Part shown: one piece after another, positions 1 through 11,399 of the stretch | Numbering within the stretch: position 1 is the first letter of the stretch | Layout: each line of letters begins with the position of its first letter | Assembly: GCA_034780895.1 (NCBI GenBank) | Contig: JAUZTB010000087.1 | Span: 71,566,583 to 71,630,582, forward strand | Source of the DNA: Rhynchobatus australiae | Lineage: Eukaryota | Direction: 5' to 3' | DNA length: 64,000 bases | Made by a program: the position numbers and the translations under genes | The notes under the pieces: model-generated | Told to the model about the DNA's origin: nothing | The model's database searches: none | What the model saw: the letters and a program-made list of their open reading frames with translations, nothing else

Positions 1-277
1 AGAGATATTTCAGCTACATTACAACAGTGAATATCAATGGAAGTATTAGTTAAAGCTCTGCTTTATCTGGATAATATTGAGCTTTGCTGTAGTGTTATTG
101 CTATACAAATCCAGGCAAGATGCAAGTATCATGATGATTTTACACCCAGTCAAAAATTACAGAGATAAAGCTACAAGGCTATACATGGTAAAAGAGGCTG
201 ACAGGTGGTACAATAGCAGCTTAAAAAGGATCTTACAAAATACCACCTTATCTCCAATATCCCTCTCCTCTTCAAAG

Positions 278-525
278 TTAATCATAGAATTGTACAGCAC
301 AGAAAGAGGTTCTTCAGCCCACAACATCCATGCTTTTGGCTCTTTGGCCATCTACACTGGTACCATTTCTCACATTATGTCTGTACCCTTCTATACCCAG
401 CCTTTCCAAGTGTCTATCTAAATGCCTCTTAAACATAGTAATAGCAAATGATTCCACCACCTCCTCTGGCATCAAGTTCCAGATATCAACCAGTATGACA
501 AAAAAAACTTTTCCCTTCAAATCTA
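278..525 (-). mobile_element. CR1 LINE 3' end
   Basis: Minus-strand peptide DIWNLMPEEVVESFAITMFKRHLDRHL (CR1 ORF2 C-terminus) plus CR1 tail. Confidence 0.85.
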
Positions 526-546
526 TCAAACATTCAACTATATTCA

Positions 547-1126
547 AAGTATTGAGTATAGGAGTTGGGATGTATAAGACATTGGTGAGGCCAAATTTGG
601 AGTATTGTGTGCAGTTCTGGTCACTTAACTATAGGAAGAATATCAGTAAGATTGAAAGAGTACAGAGAAGATTTACTAGATTGTTGCCAGGTCTTCAAGA
701 GTTCAGTTACAGGGAAAGACTGAACAGATTAAGACTTTCTTCCTTGGAGCATAGAAGAATGAGGGGAGATTTGATAGAGGTTTACAACATTATGAGGGGT
801 ATAGACAAAGTAAATGCGAGTAGGCTCTTTCCACCTAGATTAGGAGATAAGTACGAGAGGACATGGCTTTAGGGTGAAAGGGGAAAGATTTAGGGGGAAC
901 TTCTTCACTCAGAGAGTGGAGGGAGTGTGGAACGAGCTACCATCTGATGTGGTAAATGCTGGCTCATCTCAAGTTTTAAGAATAAATTGGATAGATACAT
1001 GGTTGGGAGAGGTCTGGAGGGTTATGGACTGGGTGCAGGTCAATGGGACTAGTGGAATAAAGTTTCAGCACAGACTAGAAGGGCCGAATGACCTGTTGTC
1101 TGTGCTGTAGTGTTCTATGGTTCTAT
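547..1126 (+). mobile_element. CR1 LINE 3' fragment
   Basis: YKTLVRPNLEYCVQFWS...ERVQRRFTRLLPGL...RRMRGDLIEVY, then FFTQRVEGVWNELP and a ttctatgg-type tail. Confidence 0.95.
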
Positions 1127-1949
1127 TAATTAACAAAATATATACCTATAAACGTACTGAAAATCAGGAAAGAAAACACTTGCCTTTTTAATGAAGGATG
1201 AAAGCCCATTTAAATAAGACTCCATAATTTATAAAGCTCGCCAAGAGTGAAAGATGACTTTAGGGGCACAGCAAGAGGTCAGAGGTGCACACAACTGACT
1301 TCCATCTTGTTTCAAGAATTCACTGCTGGCTGCACTGCTGCTGTTACATATTTTGCTATGGACCTGTCAGACAGACATCAAAATATTCTAGACTACTAAG
1401 AATTATATATTAAATACCCTAAAAACAAATTTCATATGCTCAGATTTCATGTAATTACTATTGGGCAGAGAGATATGTTGAAAGGTGCTATATGAATGCA
1501 AATTATCGTTTACGCTAAGGTAACAAATTGTGTAGTCCCACAGTAATGAATGACAAATTTTGATTTATTTTGTTCCCTAATTTCTGGAGTGTTAAACCCA
1601 TACTATCTCAAAATTGAATTAAGTTTAAGCGACAGACATAACAAATGATATTTTGTGTTGTTCTTTGCCTTCAATTCATCAGAACAAGGCATAGACTATA
1701 AATGATGTAAGTGAAATTAAGCTCATAAATTAATAATAGGAACTAGGATTTAATTTTGGAAAACAATTGATGGATCCTGAAATCTTCTGGTTGGAGAAAC
1801 TACTTTGAAAAAAATTACTAAACTCTGTAATTGATGGCAGCAAAATTTAGTTTAAGTGTTTGGATAACTAACTACAGAGCAGAAAATTTTTCAATTTCAG
1901 AGGAGGTATGCTTTTTCCGCTTTCAAATGCCAATGTTACTTGCTTTTTA

Positions 1950-2075
1950 TTCCTGATTTACTACGGAATTCAAATTCCCCGGCAGTTGTGATGTGATTCA
2001 TACTTACCTGTCTCCAGATTCCTTGGACCAGTCCTCTAGATACATGTCCAATAACCTAACCATTATGCTACTATT
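1950..2075 (-). mobile_element. tRNA-derived SINE head fragment (family A here)
   Basis: Reverse complement resembles the head of the SINE at 6507-6852; similar fragments at about 3050-3145 and 45195-45290. Confidence 0.55.
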
Positions 2076-2675
2076 CAATGATCTGTCTGTGAAAATTGTC
2101 CATCAACCAGTCATAATCATTGTTTTCTTTTAGCAAATAACACTAAATAAAGTCTGAAGCCAGAGGACATTATGTAACATAGTGTTATTGTTATACTAGG
2201 GAGGACATATAATGGCTGTAGATATGGTTCAGTGGGCTTGAATTGTTCAGTCAAAACTGTTTCCCTGAATGGTTAGGAAATATGTTCTTACCTGCATATA
2301 ATTGTTGGCTATCTCCTGCATGCTACTCTGACTAACCAGTTGCTAAACTCAAAAGAATCTTATAATTTGCTTCACATTGGCTGCATATAATGTGTATAAC
2401 ACATAATCTTAGAATGGTTTTCAAAGGGCACTCCATGCAGAAGCTTCAAGGAAAAGAATGCATTTTTGAAAGCTTCAGAAAAAAACTGAACTTCCTTTGA
2501 AATTGAAAATGGCCTTGATTCTATTCACAAATTTCAAGATAAAAATATTTTAAACTGATCACAACAAAGAGTGAAATCAAAATAGTAACAATTTTATAAA
2601 TACATTGTTTCAAAACTTATTACACATACAATTTCCTGAATTTCTATCATTGCAAATCTGCTGGTTTAATAACAT

Positions 2676-2803
2676 ATACTCAGGAACCTAGATAATAGTA
2701 TATACAGATGCGGCTGTTAAAATACTCGGGAACCGAGATAATATTATGTACAGATGCGGCTGTTAAAATACTCGGGAACCTAGATAATATTATATACAGA
2801 TGC
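2676..2803. repeat. 46-bp minisatellite running into a gap
   Basis: Unit atactcgggaacctagataatattatatacagatgcggctgttaaa; tacagatgc recurs at 2703, 2749 and 2795; N-run 2804-3022. Confidence 0.9.
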
Positions 2804-3439
2804 NNNNNNNNNNNNNNNNNNNNNNNNNNNNNNNNNNNNNNNNNNNNNNNNNNNNNNNNNNNNNNNNNNNNNNNNNNNNNNNNNNNNNNNNNNNNNNNNN
2901 NNNNNNNNNNNNNNNNNNNNNNNNNNNNNNNNNNNNNNNNNNNNNNNNNNNNNNNNNNNNNNNNNNNNNNNNNNNNNNNNNNNNNNNNNNNNNNNNNNNN
3001 NNNNNNNNNNNNNNNNNNNNNNTCATCATATGGATAGTAGATTTTTAAATTTCAGATTTACTGAATTACTTGCAGTTAAATTCCCCAGCTACTTCAATGG
3101 GATCCAAACTCATGTCTTTCAGGCCTCCAATAACTACCGTGCTCGCATAATCCTGGTAATGCATAAGCAGGCTATGTAACTTCACCTCTCTTCAACCAGA
3201 CTGAAGATTTCTCAGGGAAACTCGCTGTTTATGTTATTGAGCACGAGAGGGTAGGTGACGAGGTAACAAGGTCTCAAACAGGAAGCCGCAGAAGATCAAG
3301 TTCCTACATGTGGTTTGGAAGTTTAACTCCATGGTTTGATTTGCTCTATAATAACTATGTTACCCTCATTTTATTCATAACATAAATGTGGGTCTTAACC
3401 AGTATTAGCATTGGAGAAGCCAAGAAAAGAATTTGCAGA

Positions 3440-3605
3440 TGAAACCTGCATTTATACAGAAAAAACATCCCAAGACATTTCACAGGAGCAGTATCAGAGA
3501 TAAAATTATACCGATTCCCAAGATTAAGAAATCTGACCCAAAGTTCGGTCAAAGAAGAGCATCTTTAAAGAGGAAACAAAGGTGTAGAGTGTTGGAAATT
3601 TAGGC
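3440..3605 (-). mobile_element. L2 LINE 3' end
   Basis: Reverse complement matches the L2-type tail (ctttgacc...ctcctgtgaa...cttggga...tataaatgca). Confidence 0.6.
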
Positions 3606-3807
3606 TACAAGTTACATCGCTAAACTAAAATCAGAAACGTTTATGTCCAAAGTAATCAACTGTAGATGGTTTAAAAGGGCTAAAGCTGCATCAAAAGCTA
3701 AAGCTTATTGGTACAACATTGTTATCAATGGGTAGATGATTAAGGAAAATGATGTGCTGTTTGAGAAAAGATGTTTGGTTTGGTCTGACCAGGATCTCAT
3801 AGTCAGG

Positions 3808-4130
3808 GAGTCACAGAATCATACAGTATGGAAACAGGCCGTTCAGCCCAACTCCATGCTGACCAGTGGGCACCCATCTATATTAATCCCATCTTTCAGC
3901 ACTTGACCCATAGCCTTCCATGCCAAGATGATGCAAGTGGTTGTCTGGAGATTTCTTAAACGCTGTGCGTGATTCTGCTTCCACCACTCTCTCAGGTGGT
4001 GTATTCCAGTTATTTACCATAGTCTAGGTGTAAAAGGTCTCCCTCAGATCCTNNNNNNNATCCTTACCCTAATGCTAACTCCGTGTCCTCTATATATATC
4101 TACCTCAGATAAGGGGAAAAGTCTACCCTA
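3808..4130 (-). mobile_element. CR1 LINE 3' end
   Basis: cagaatcatacagtatggaaacaggccgttcagcccaac is the reverse CR1 tail, followed by ORF2 C-terminal sequence. Confidence 0.8.
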
Positions 4131-4154
4131 ACAAACCTCTGATCTGAGGGCCAC

Positions 4155-4325
4155 ATAAAACCAGAAAGTGATGGGAACACTCAGCAGGCTGGGCAGCATC
4201 TGTGAAAATTGAAACTGAGTTAATGTTTCAGGTCCAAGAATCTTTGCAACCTGAAATATTAACTCTGTTTCTTTTTCCACAGATATTGCCTGGCCTGGTG
4301 AGTGACTCCTGCACTTTCTGTTATT
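4155..4325. mobile_element. Penelope-terminus-derived fold-back element
   Basis: Inverted arms 4162-4233 and 4249-4320 (about 72 bp, 15-nt spacer); same sequence as the termini of the GIY-YIG-bearing copies at 15.4 and 29 kb. Confidence 0.8.
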
Positions 4326-4367
4326 ATTATGGAATGATCCTTGGATGGATTGAGACAGGAGCAAAAG

Positions 4368-4632
4368 TGAGGTTTAAAATGAAAGGGGAAAGATTTAAAA
4401 GGGAGGTGCAAGTGCCTCATGCGCAGGGTGTTGGTATATGGAACGAGCTGCCAGGGAAAGTAGTTGAGGCAGGTACAATAATAACATTTGGATAAGTACA
4501 TGGATAGGAAAGGTTTCGAGGGATCTGGACCAAATGCGGGCAAATGGGACTAGCTTAGGTGAGCTCACACTGGTCGGCATGGATGAGATGGGCCGAAGGG
4601 CCTGTTTCCCTGCTGTATTACTCTACAACTCT
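4368..4632 (+). mobile_element. CR1 LINE 3' end
   Basis: FKMKGERFKREV...GIWNELPGKVVEAGTI plus tail gggccgaagggcctgtttcc. Confidence 0.9.
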
Positions 4633-4633
4633 C

Positions 4634-4738
4634 GAGTCTTATAGAGTCATAGGTGATGGAAGCAGGCTCTTCGGACCAACTCGTCCATGTTGACCAAGGT
4701 GCCTACCTGAGCTAGTCCCATTTGCTTGCACTTGGCCC
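4634..4738 (-). mobile_element. CR1 LINE tail, tail-to-tail with the previous copy
   Basis: Reverse complement of about 4527-4632; runs into a gap. Confidence 0.85.
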
Positions 4739-5804
4739 NNNNNNNNNNNNNNNNNNNNNNNNNNNNNNNNNNNNNNNNNNNNNNNNNNNNNNNNNNNNNN
4801 NNNNNNNNNNNNNNNNNNNNNNNNNNNNNNNNNNNNNNNNNNNNNNNNNNNNNNNNNNNNNNNNNNNNNNNNNNNNNNNNNNNNNNNNNNNNNNNNNNNN
4901 NNNNNNNNNNNNNNNNNNNNNNNNNNNNNNNNNNNNNNNNNNNNNNNNNNNNNNNNNNNNNNNNNNNNNNNNNNNNNNNNNNNNNNNNNNNNNNNNNNNN
5001 NNNNNNNNNNNNNNNNNNNNNNNNNNNNNNNNNNNNNNNNNNNNNNNNNNNNNNNNNNNTGAGGCTATCTGAAAAATATTGCATGAGGTTGTTTTGACAT
5101 TTCTAGAATAATAGCAGCATATACAATTGGGAACTGAGAGAACTGTGCGAAGTTGTCTACAGCCACAGGGATAGCACTGATATGTATTGTATTAAAATAC
5201 ATAAAAAACTACACAAGCAAAATCTTAGAAATTGTGCAGAATCACCTTTGGGACGCATAAGTTAGAAGTCGAAGATACAATGTGGAGATGGTGATTGTTG
5301 TTATTTTGTTCTGAAGGTTGAATGACCTCAGAATTCATGTCTCTCAAATTTCAAGGCTGTTTCATCCAGATTAACCACAGGAATTGAATTTAAAAATTAT
5401 TATTTATAGCCATCAGATAATACAACCACTAGATGGAGAGCTGGTGCTTTTATTTTGTCTGTAGTTTTGGCCCATTTCACATGCTCTTTTTGGATTTGCA
5501 CAGAGCATGATAAGAAATTTACTAAACTTGCCATTGTGGAGGGATGAGAAAACAAATGATTCCTAAAAGATTAAATTAATTACATGGAAACATCATTGGA
5601 GTCAACTAGCCTACTCTGGACATGGTGCACAGAAATCAGAGACAATTGATCTAAATTAGGGACAGATGTTTGTTTATTGTAGTCACTACTTCAGAAGAGG
5701 AAGCACACAACTCATCTCATTGTTCAAATTTTGGCTGATCTTTACGTTCCATAATGATGCTTTTGTTTTATGCTCTCTCATGCCATGACAAAACAACGAC
5801 AAAC

Positions 5805-6480
5805 ACCTTTAGATAAGGCACCTCACAAAATGTTGTTACATTTAAAAAGATTCACAGTTGTGAGTACCATATTAGCATATATAGAGGACAGGTTGAAGGA
5901 CAAAGAGTGATAAGCATGTCTTTTCCAACTTGGCAGACTGCATCTACAAGGTTGCCACAAGAAGCTGTCTCAAGCTCTCATTTAATCACAATGTATATTA
6001 ATGACTTAGATGAAAAGACAAGAAGCTGATGGAAAGACAAGTTAGGTGAGAATGATTCCCAGGGAGAGGCAGCTGGCCTGTGAAGAGAGATCAAGTAACA
6101 CTGACCTATTCTTACTAGAGTTTTAAAAAAGATTTTGCTGGGTGTCATTGAGACATGTAAGGTTCTGGAAATGATTAATACNNNNNNNNNNNNNNNNNNN
6201 GTGTCTCACTGGAGAATTGAGAAGAAGGGGCCATTGTCTCAAGATAGCAAGCCAACAATTTAGGTTTATATTCACTGGAGTTTAGAAACATGAAAGGTGA
6301 TCTCTCTCCTTACAAGATCCTGAAAGGAATTTTCAGGGTAGATGCTGAAAAACTGTTCCCTCTGGAGGGAGAGTCTAGAACTGGGTGACAAAGACTCAGG
6401 AGAGGGTTTAGCCATTTGGAATCAACGTGAGGAGAAATTTATCCAGGGGAGTATGAGTCTTGGTAATTCTCTTTCTAGGA
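5805..6480 (+). mobile_element. Old CR1 LINE fragments (RT region and C-terminus)
   Basis: Degenerate DKAPH...MYINDLDE and LYSLEFRNMKGDL motifs. Confidence 0.7.
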
Positions 6481-6506
6481 AGATGTGAATACAAGCTCAG
6501 TACAAA

Positions 6507-6852
6507 GTGGCACAGTGATTAAATTACAAGCCAACCATCCAGATATATGGGCCACTGATTCAGAGATAAGTTCAAATCTCCCATGACAGCCAGGAAGTTT
6601 AACTCCAAGTAATTATTTAAAAAAAACATCAGAAGTTGTAACCGTGAAACTTCTGGCTTGCTGTAAGAACTCGTCTGGTTCAGTAGTATCCTCCAGGGAA
6701 GGAATTCTGCTGTCCTTACCTGGTCCAGTCTGCACAAATCCAGACCCACCAAAATGGTGGACTTCCAACTGCCACCGCTGAGGAGCAAATATAGATAGAC
6801 AATAAATGTCAGTCTTGCCAGCAACGTTCACATCCCATGGTCGATTAAATAA
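6507..6852 (+). mobile_element. tRNA-derived SINE, near full length (family A)
   Basis: A-box-like gtggcacagtga, B-box-like agttcaaatct, tail caataaatgtcagtcttgccagcaacgttcacatccc shared with LINE family B. Confidence 0.75.
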
Positions 6853-6869
6853 TCGGTTAAATTTAGGGA

Positions 6870-7310
6870 GTGTTTCTATCTCTCCCACCCCTTGAGCTGG
6901 TGAATTCCAAACCACTACCGCTCTCTGGATAAAGCCTCAACTTTTCCCCCATTTCCCTCTAATCCTTATACCAATTGCCTCAACACTTTGCCTCTTGGTT
7001 TTTGACTCCTTGGCCGTGGTAATTAGGTACGTCCTATTTACTCTATCTAAAGCCTTCATTCTTTTTCCCCTTGAAAATCTCCTCTCTCGTGCAATTAGAT
7101 CATTCCTGTATTGTGGTTGAACAAGCATTGCATATAGTTTTAACCCAACCTCCCTGCTTTTATATTTCTGTGCCTTAGTTAATAAATGAAAATACCAGTA
7201 TGTCCTTTTAATGACTTAATTGACTTGGCCTGTCACCTTTAAGGGTCTGTGGACTGGACTCCAAGGTCCCTCTGTTCCTGTACATTTCACAGCTTCCCAT
7301 TTACCACTGA
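6870..7310 (-). mobile_element. Old CR1 LINE fragment
   Basis: Minus-strand KALDRVNR and VVWNSPAQGV remnants. Confidence 0.65.
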
Positions 7311-7709
7311 TTTGTATTTATTGCCATTTCTTTTTTAAACTGTTAATTTTCTACGATCCATTCCTGTATTAATTCAGTCACACATTTACATAGACTTTTA
7401 NNNNNNNNNNNNNNNNNNNNNNNNNNNNNNNNNNNNNNNNNNNNNNNNNNNNNNNNNNNNNNNNNNNNNNNNNNNNNNNNNNNNNNNNNNNNNNNNNNNN
7501 NNNNNNNNNNNNNNNNNNNNNNNNNNNNNNNNNNNNNNNNNNNNNNNNNNNNNNNNNNNNNNNNNNNNNNNNNNNNNNNNNNNNNNNNNNNNNNNNNNNN
7601 NCACTATTAGTAATCTGCAGTCAGCCATCTTCGCCTATGGGTTTAGCACTGGATAATTTGTGAACCACATTAAAAATATTAGTGACTACAACCTGAGTTT
7701 AGGGGTGGG

Positions 7710-7910
7710 GTTAAGGTTTCTTTGACAGCTGTTCCCAAGCTTCCATCACCTGGAAGAACAGCAAGTACGTGGAATCCCAATGACCCTCCCTGCCATGTTC
7801 CACTTCCAGTGACGTCACCCTGATTTGGAAATATAACACTGTTCCTTCATTGCCACTCGGACTAGATCCTAGAACTTCTTCCCCAAGAGCACCGTGGGAT
7901 TCTCCCTGAC
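7710..7910 (+). mobile_element. CR1/L2-group LINE (family B) 3' fragment
   Basis: ctgatttggaaatataacactgttccttcattgcc matches 13146-13200 and 31160-31240. Confidence 0.65.
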
Positions 7911-8524
7911 AGGGCACAAAAAGACTCCCAGTTAATGATAATGTGCAAACGGCCTCTCTGTTTGTTCTCTTGCTGGCTACCGTGCTGGATCAAGCACTGA
8001 TGGTTGAACAGGGATCCCTCAGCCGTCCTCGCTGCAATGCTCAGTCAGTCCTCAGCTTCCCCACCAGAAGTCAGGAATACATTAGAGGTCAGCTGTTAGA
8101 ACACTTCCAGTGTGCCTCTGACTTGAGTGTAACCAGCAGATCTGACCTCCTGCTCCGCCACTGCATTCACCTCCACATGTAGTGGAGCTTCTGCATTGTT
8201 CCCAGCCAAGATCCACAACATCCTGTCCCTCTGTCTTCCACCAGCCATATCTGGTTTGTAAGCAGCAACCCTATTCATTTGAATGGAATTATTAATCTTT
8301 GTCTTGAATAAACTCAGCAGCTAAACTTTCAAAGCCTTCTTGGATATTCGTTAACTCCTTGGTGAAGGCTTATCTTCTCATCTCAGCCCTGAACATCTGA
8401 CCCCTTATTTAGACATTACAGCCCCTACCTTGTCAAGTCCCATAAGAATCCAGTATTCTTCAATTGGATCACCTTTCATTCTTCAAAATTCAAGAAATTA
8501 TTGTCCAGTCCAGTTAATCTCAAC

Positions 8525-8918
8525 TCATAGGAAGGATGTGGAAGCTTTAGAGATGGTGCAGAGGAGATTTACCAGGATGCTGCCTGGATTAGAGAACATG
8601 CCTTATGAGGAAAGGTTTACCGAGCTAGGGCTTTTCTCTTTGGAGCGACGCAGGATGAGAGGCAACCTGATAGAGGTGTATCAGATTACGAGAGGCATAG
8701 ATAGACAGCCAGCACCTGTTTCCCAGGGCAGCAGTGGGCAATACCAGTTGACATTAGTTTAAGGTCAGAGGAGGAAAGATTGTTTTTTTTTTACACAGAG
8801 TGGTGGTTGCCTGCAACACACTGCCAGGGTTGGTGGTAGAGGCTGATACAAGAGGGAAATTTAAAAGACTCTTAGATAGGCACATGGATGTAAGAAAAAT
8901 AGAGGGTTATGGGGGGTG
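8525..8918 (+). mobile_element. Young CR1 LINE 3' fragment
   Basis: HRKDVEALEMVQRRFTRMLPGLENMPYEER...RRMRGNLIEVY; an older minus CR1 abuts it at about 8300-8520. Confidence 0.95.
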
Positions 8919-10164
8919 NNNNNNNNNNNNNNNNNNNNNNNNNNNNNNNNNNNNNNNNNNNNNNNNNNNNNNNNNNNNNNNNNNNNNNNNNNNNNNNNNN
9001 NNNNNNNNNNNNNNNNNNNNNNNNNNNNNNNNNNNNNNNNNNNNNNNNNNNNNNNNNNNNNNNNNNNNNNNNNNNNNNNNNNNNNNNNNNNNNNNNNNNN
9101 NNNNNNNNNNNNNNNNNNNNNNNNNNNNNNNNNNNNNNNNNNNNNNNNNNNNNNNNNNNNNNNNNNNNNNNNNNNNNNNNNNNNNNNNNNNNNNNNNNNN
9201 NNNNNNNNNNNNNNNNNNNNNNNNNNNNNNNNNNNNNNNNNNNNNNNNNNNNNNNNNNNNNNNNNNNNNNNNNNNNNNNNNNNNNNNNNNNNNNNNNNNN
9301 NNNNNNNNNNNNNNNNNNNNNNNNNNNNNNNNNNNNNNNNNNNNNNNNNNNNNNNNNNNNNNNNNNNNNNNNNNNNNNNNNNNNNNNNNNNNNNNNNNNN
9401 NNNNNNNNNNNNNNNNNNNNNNNNNNNNNNNNNNNNNNNNNNNNNNNNNNNNNNNNNNNNNNNNNNNNNNNNNNNNNNNNNNNNNNNNNNNNNNNNNNNN
9501 NNNNNNNNNNNNNNNNNNNNNNNNNNNNNNNNNNNNNNNNNNNNNNNNNNNNNNNNNNNNNNNNNNNNNNNNNNNNNNNNNNNNNNNNNNNNNNNNNNNN
9601 AAGGCAAAGGTCAGGTGAAACATGATTGGGACAAATGTCACCAAGATGATCAAATGCCGAAAAATAGCCTCCTGACATGAAATACAAAAAAGTACCATCA
9701 ACTCTGAGTACTATCACCACACAGACTGGAACAGCTCAAGAAGCCTACTCAAGGGCAATAAATGCTGGCTTTGCCTGTAATGCCCACATTCAAATAGTCA
9801 GTTTTTAAACAAACATTCACCATTAAGGCTGGATCACTCTTGATTGGGAGATTTTAGGAAAACGGAAAGGTGATTCTCAATAATTTATAAGAAATTGCTC
9901 TCAGTATGTGAAGCCTTCAAGTTGGAATGATGCTCAGAAGAGAAGAAATCTTTGCAGCTGAAATGTTTTATGCAAATTAAGGTCTTAGCAATATACTTGT
10001 GCATTGAGGCAGTTCTACAATTTGCTGCACTCACGGCAATGAACGTGGACATGGCTCCATTTCACCTGCACTGTCTGCTGGGATCAGCTACTGTACAATA
10101 CTACAGAGGTTTACCTTGCGTGTAATATCCCAGAGGTGCATGAAACTAACTGAACCTTAGGATA

Positions 10165-10720
10165 AAAAGTGCAAGACCCTGTGGGAAAAGAAGATGGTGA
10201 CCCTGCCCAAGCAAACTGTATAAGTCTGTATAAGTCATTGGTAGATCGCTTCATCGCTAAAACTTTCAACCAAGCATCTAGAGCTTGCTTGGGTGGTGGT
10301 GAGAAGGGATATCCCAGTCAAATCATTTATGCACAGCTGAAGTCTCAGCATCACCACATGTTGGCCTTGGGGCAGCAGTTGCACTGGTGACCAGTCTGCC
10401 ATCCCTTTCCTTCTGAAAGTTGCATTGGCCAAGGTGGTCTGCAAAGAGATGCAGTGGTCTTTGTTGACATTCACGTCAAGCAGCTGCAGGACACAGGACT
10501 CCTTGGTCCACAGGCTGTTCCTCGGGACACACACTGAGTCAAGTGTCAGCTGCTGTTGGAAGATTATTGAGGTGAACGACACCCTCTGGTCTATCTGAAA
10601 CCTGCTGATCTCCCAGTGCTAGGAGCAAATGATACAGAGTGGCATTTTCCAAGGTCCAGGAGTACATGCTGAGGCACATCCTGAAGTTTGGTGCAGGCAC
10701 TACAAAGGAAAGGGCACAGA
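10165..10720 (+). mobile_element. L1/Tx1-clade LINE, ORF2 C-terminal remnant
   Basis: My translation gives KLSTKHLELAWVVVRRDIPVKSFMH and KVVCKEMQWSLLTF...TQDSLVHRLFLGTHTE...CCWKII...DTLWS, resembling the Tx1 zinc-knuckle region; stops present. Confidence 0.75.
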
Positions 10721-11399
10721 AGGACCTCCCACCATTACACCTCTGGATCCCATGTAAAATCCCCTCAGACTGTTTGCTCAAGGACTTCATGTCATTGGAA
10801 AATTGATGTCATGCTGATGTAATCTTGTAAATAAATGGAATGGTATATCTTTCTCTGAAAATTACAACATATGAATATTTTACATTTTATGTATTTGGGT
10901 AAATTTAAGGAATAGAATATATTTTTGGGGAAGAAAATCAAGATAAAAGTTTTTTTGTTGTTCAATCCCAACCACCTGTGCCTCTCCTCCCCTAAATTTA
11001 AAAAAAATATTCTTTGCAATGAGTCCTATTTTAGATCAAAGGCTCACGTAATGTATTCATGCTCAGAGTGCCTGAGTTGTTAATGAACAGACCCTCGACA
11101 ACCCCTGCTGTTTAAGTTCTGTTCTGCTGAGAGAACTTAGAGACCAAATTGATTCTAAAACAAATGATTTCACTTTTTTTTTTGAGAGTGGCCATTTTCA
11201 AAGGTTTGATTTTTAAAAAAATAGTAAAAAAAGAATTTGTACTAAATAAACCTCACAAAAAATGGCAGCTAAATTCAATAGTCTCCGAAAATGATTGTGT
11301 GGAATGTGATACGAAAATAACCTGCTCCTGTTCAGAGTACTGCAGACAGGCACTGGCAATCCAGCTGGTACACACTGCACTTTCCTAGGCTAGAAACTT

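Noticed and set aside
330-872. 180-aa ORF as a host gene
   Set aside because: Chance fusion of an antisense CR1 tail with a sense CR1 ORF2 fragment.
2676-2803. Regularly spaced repeats as a CRISPR array
   Set aside because: Units are contiguous with no unique spacers; eukaryotic context with no cas genes.
7810-7817. Perfect CRE TGACGTCA
   Set aside because: A single 8-mer inside a decayed LINE; expected by chance in 64 kb.
7960-8275. GC-richer coding-like stretch, possibly a Myb-like transposon remnant
   Set aside because: No motif I could align convincingly; left unassigned.
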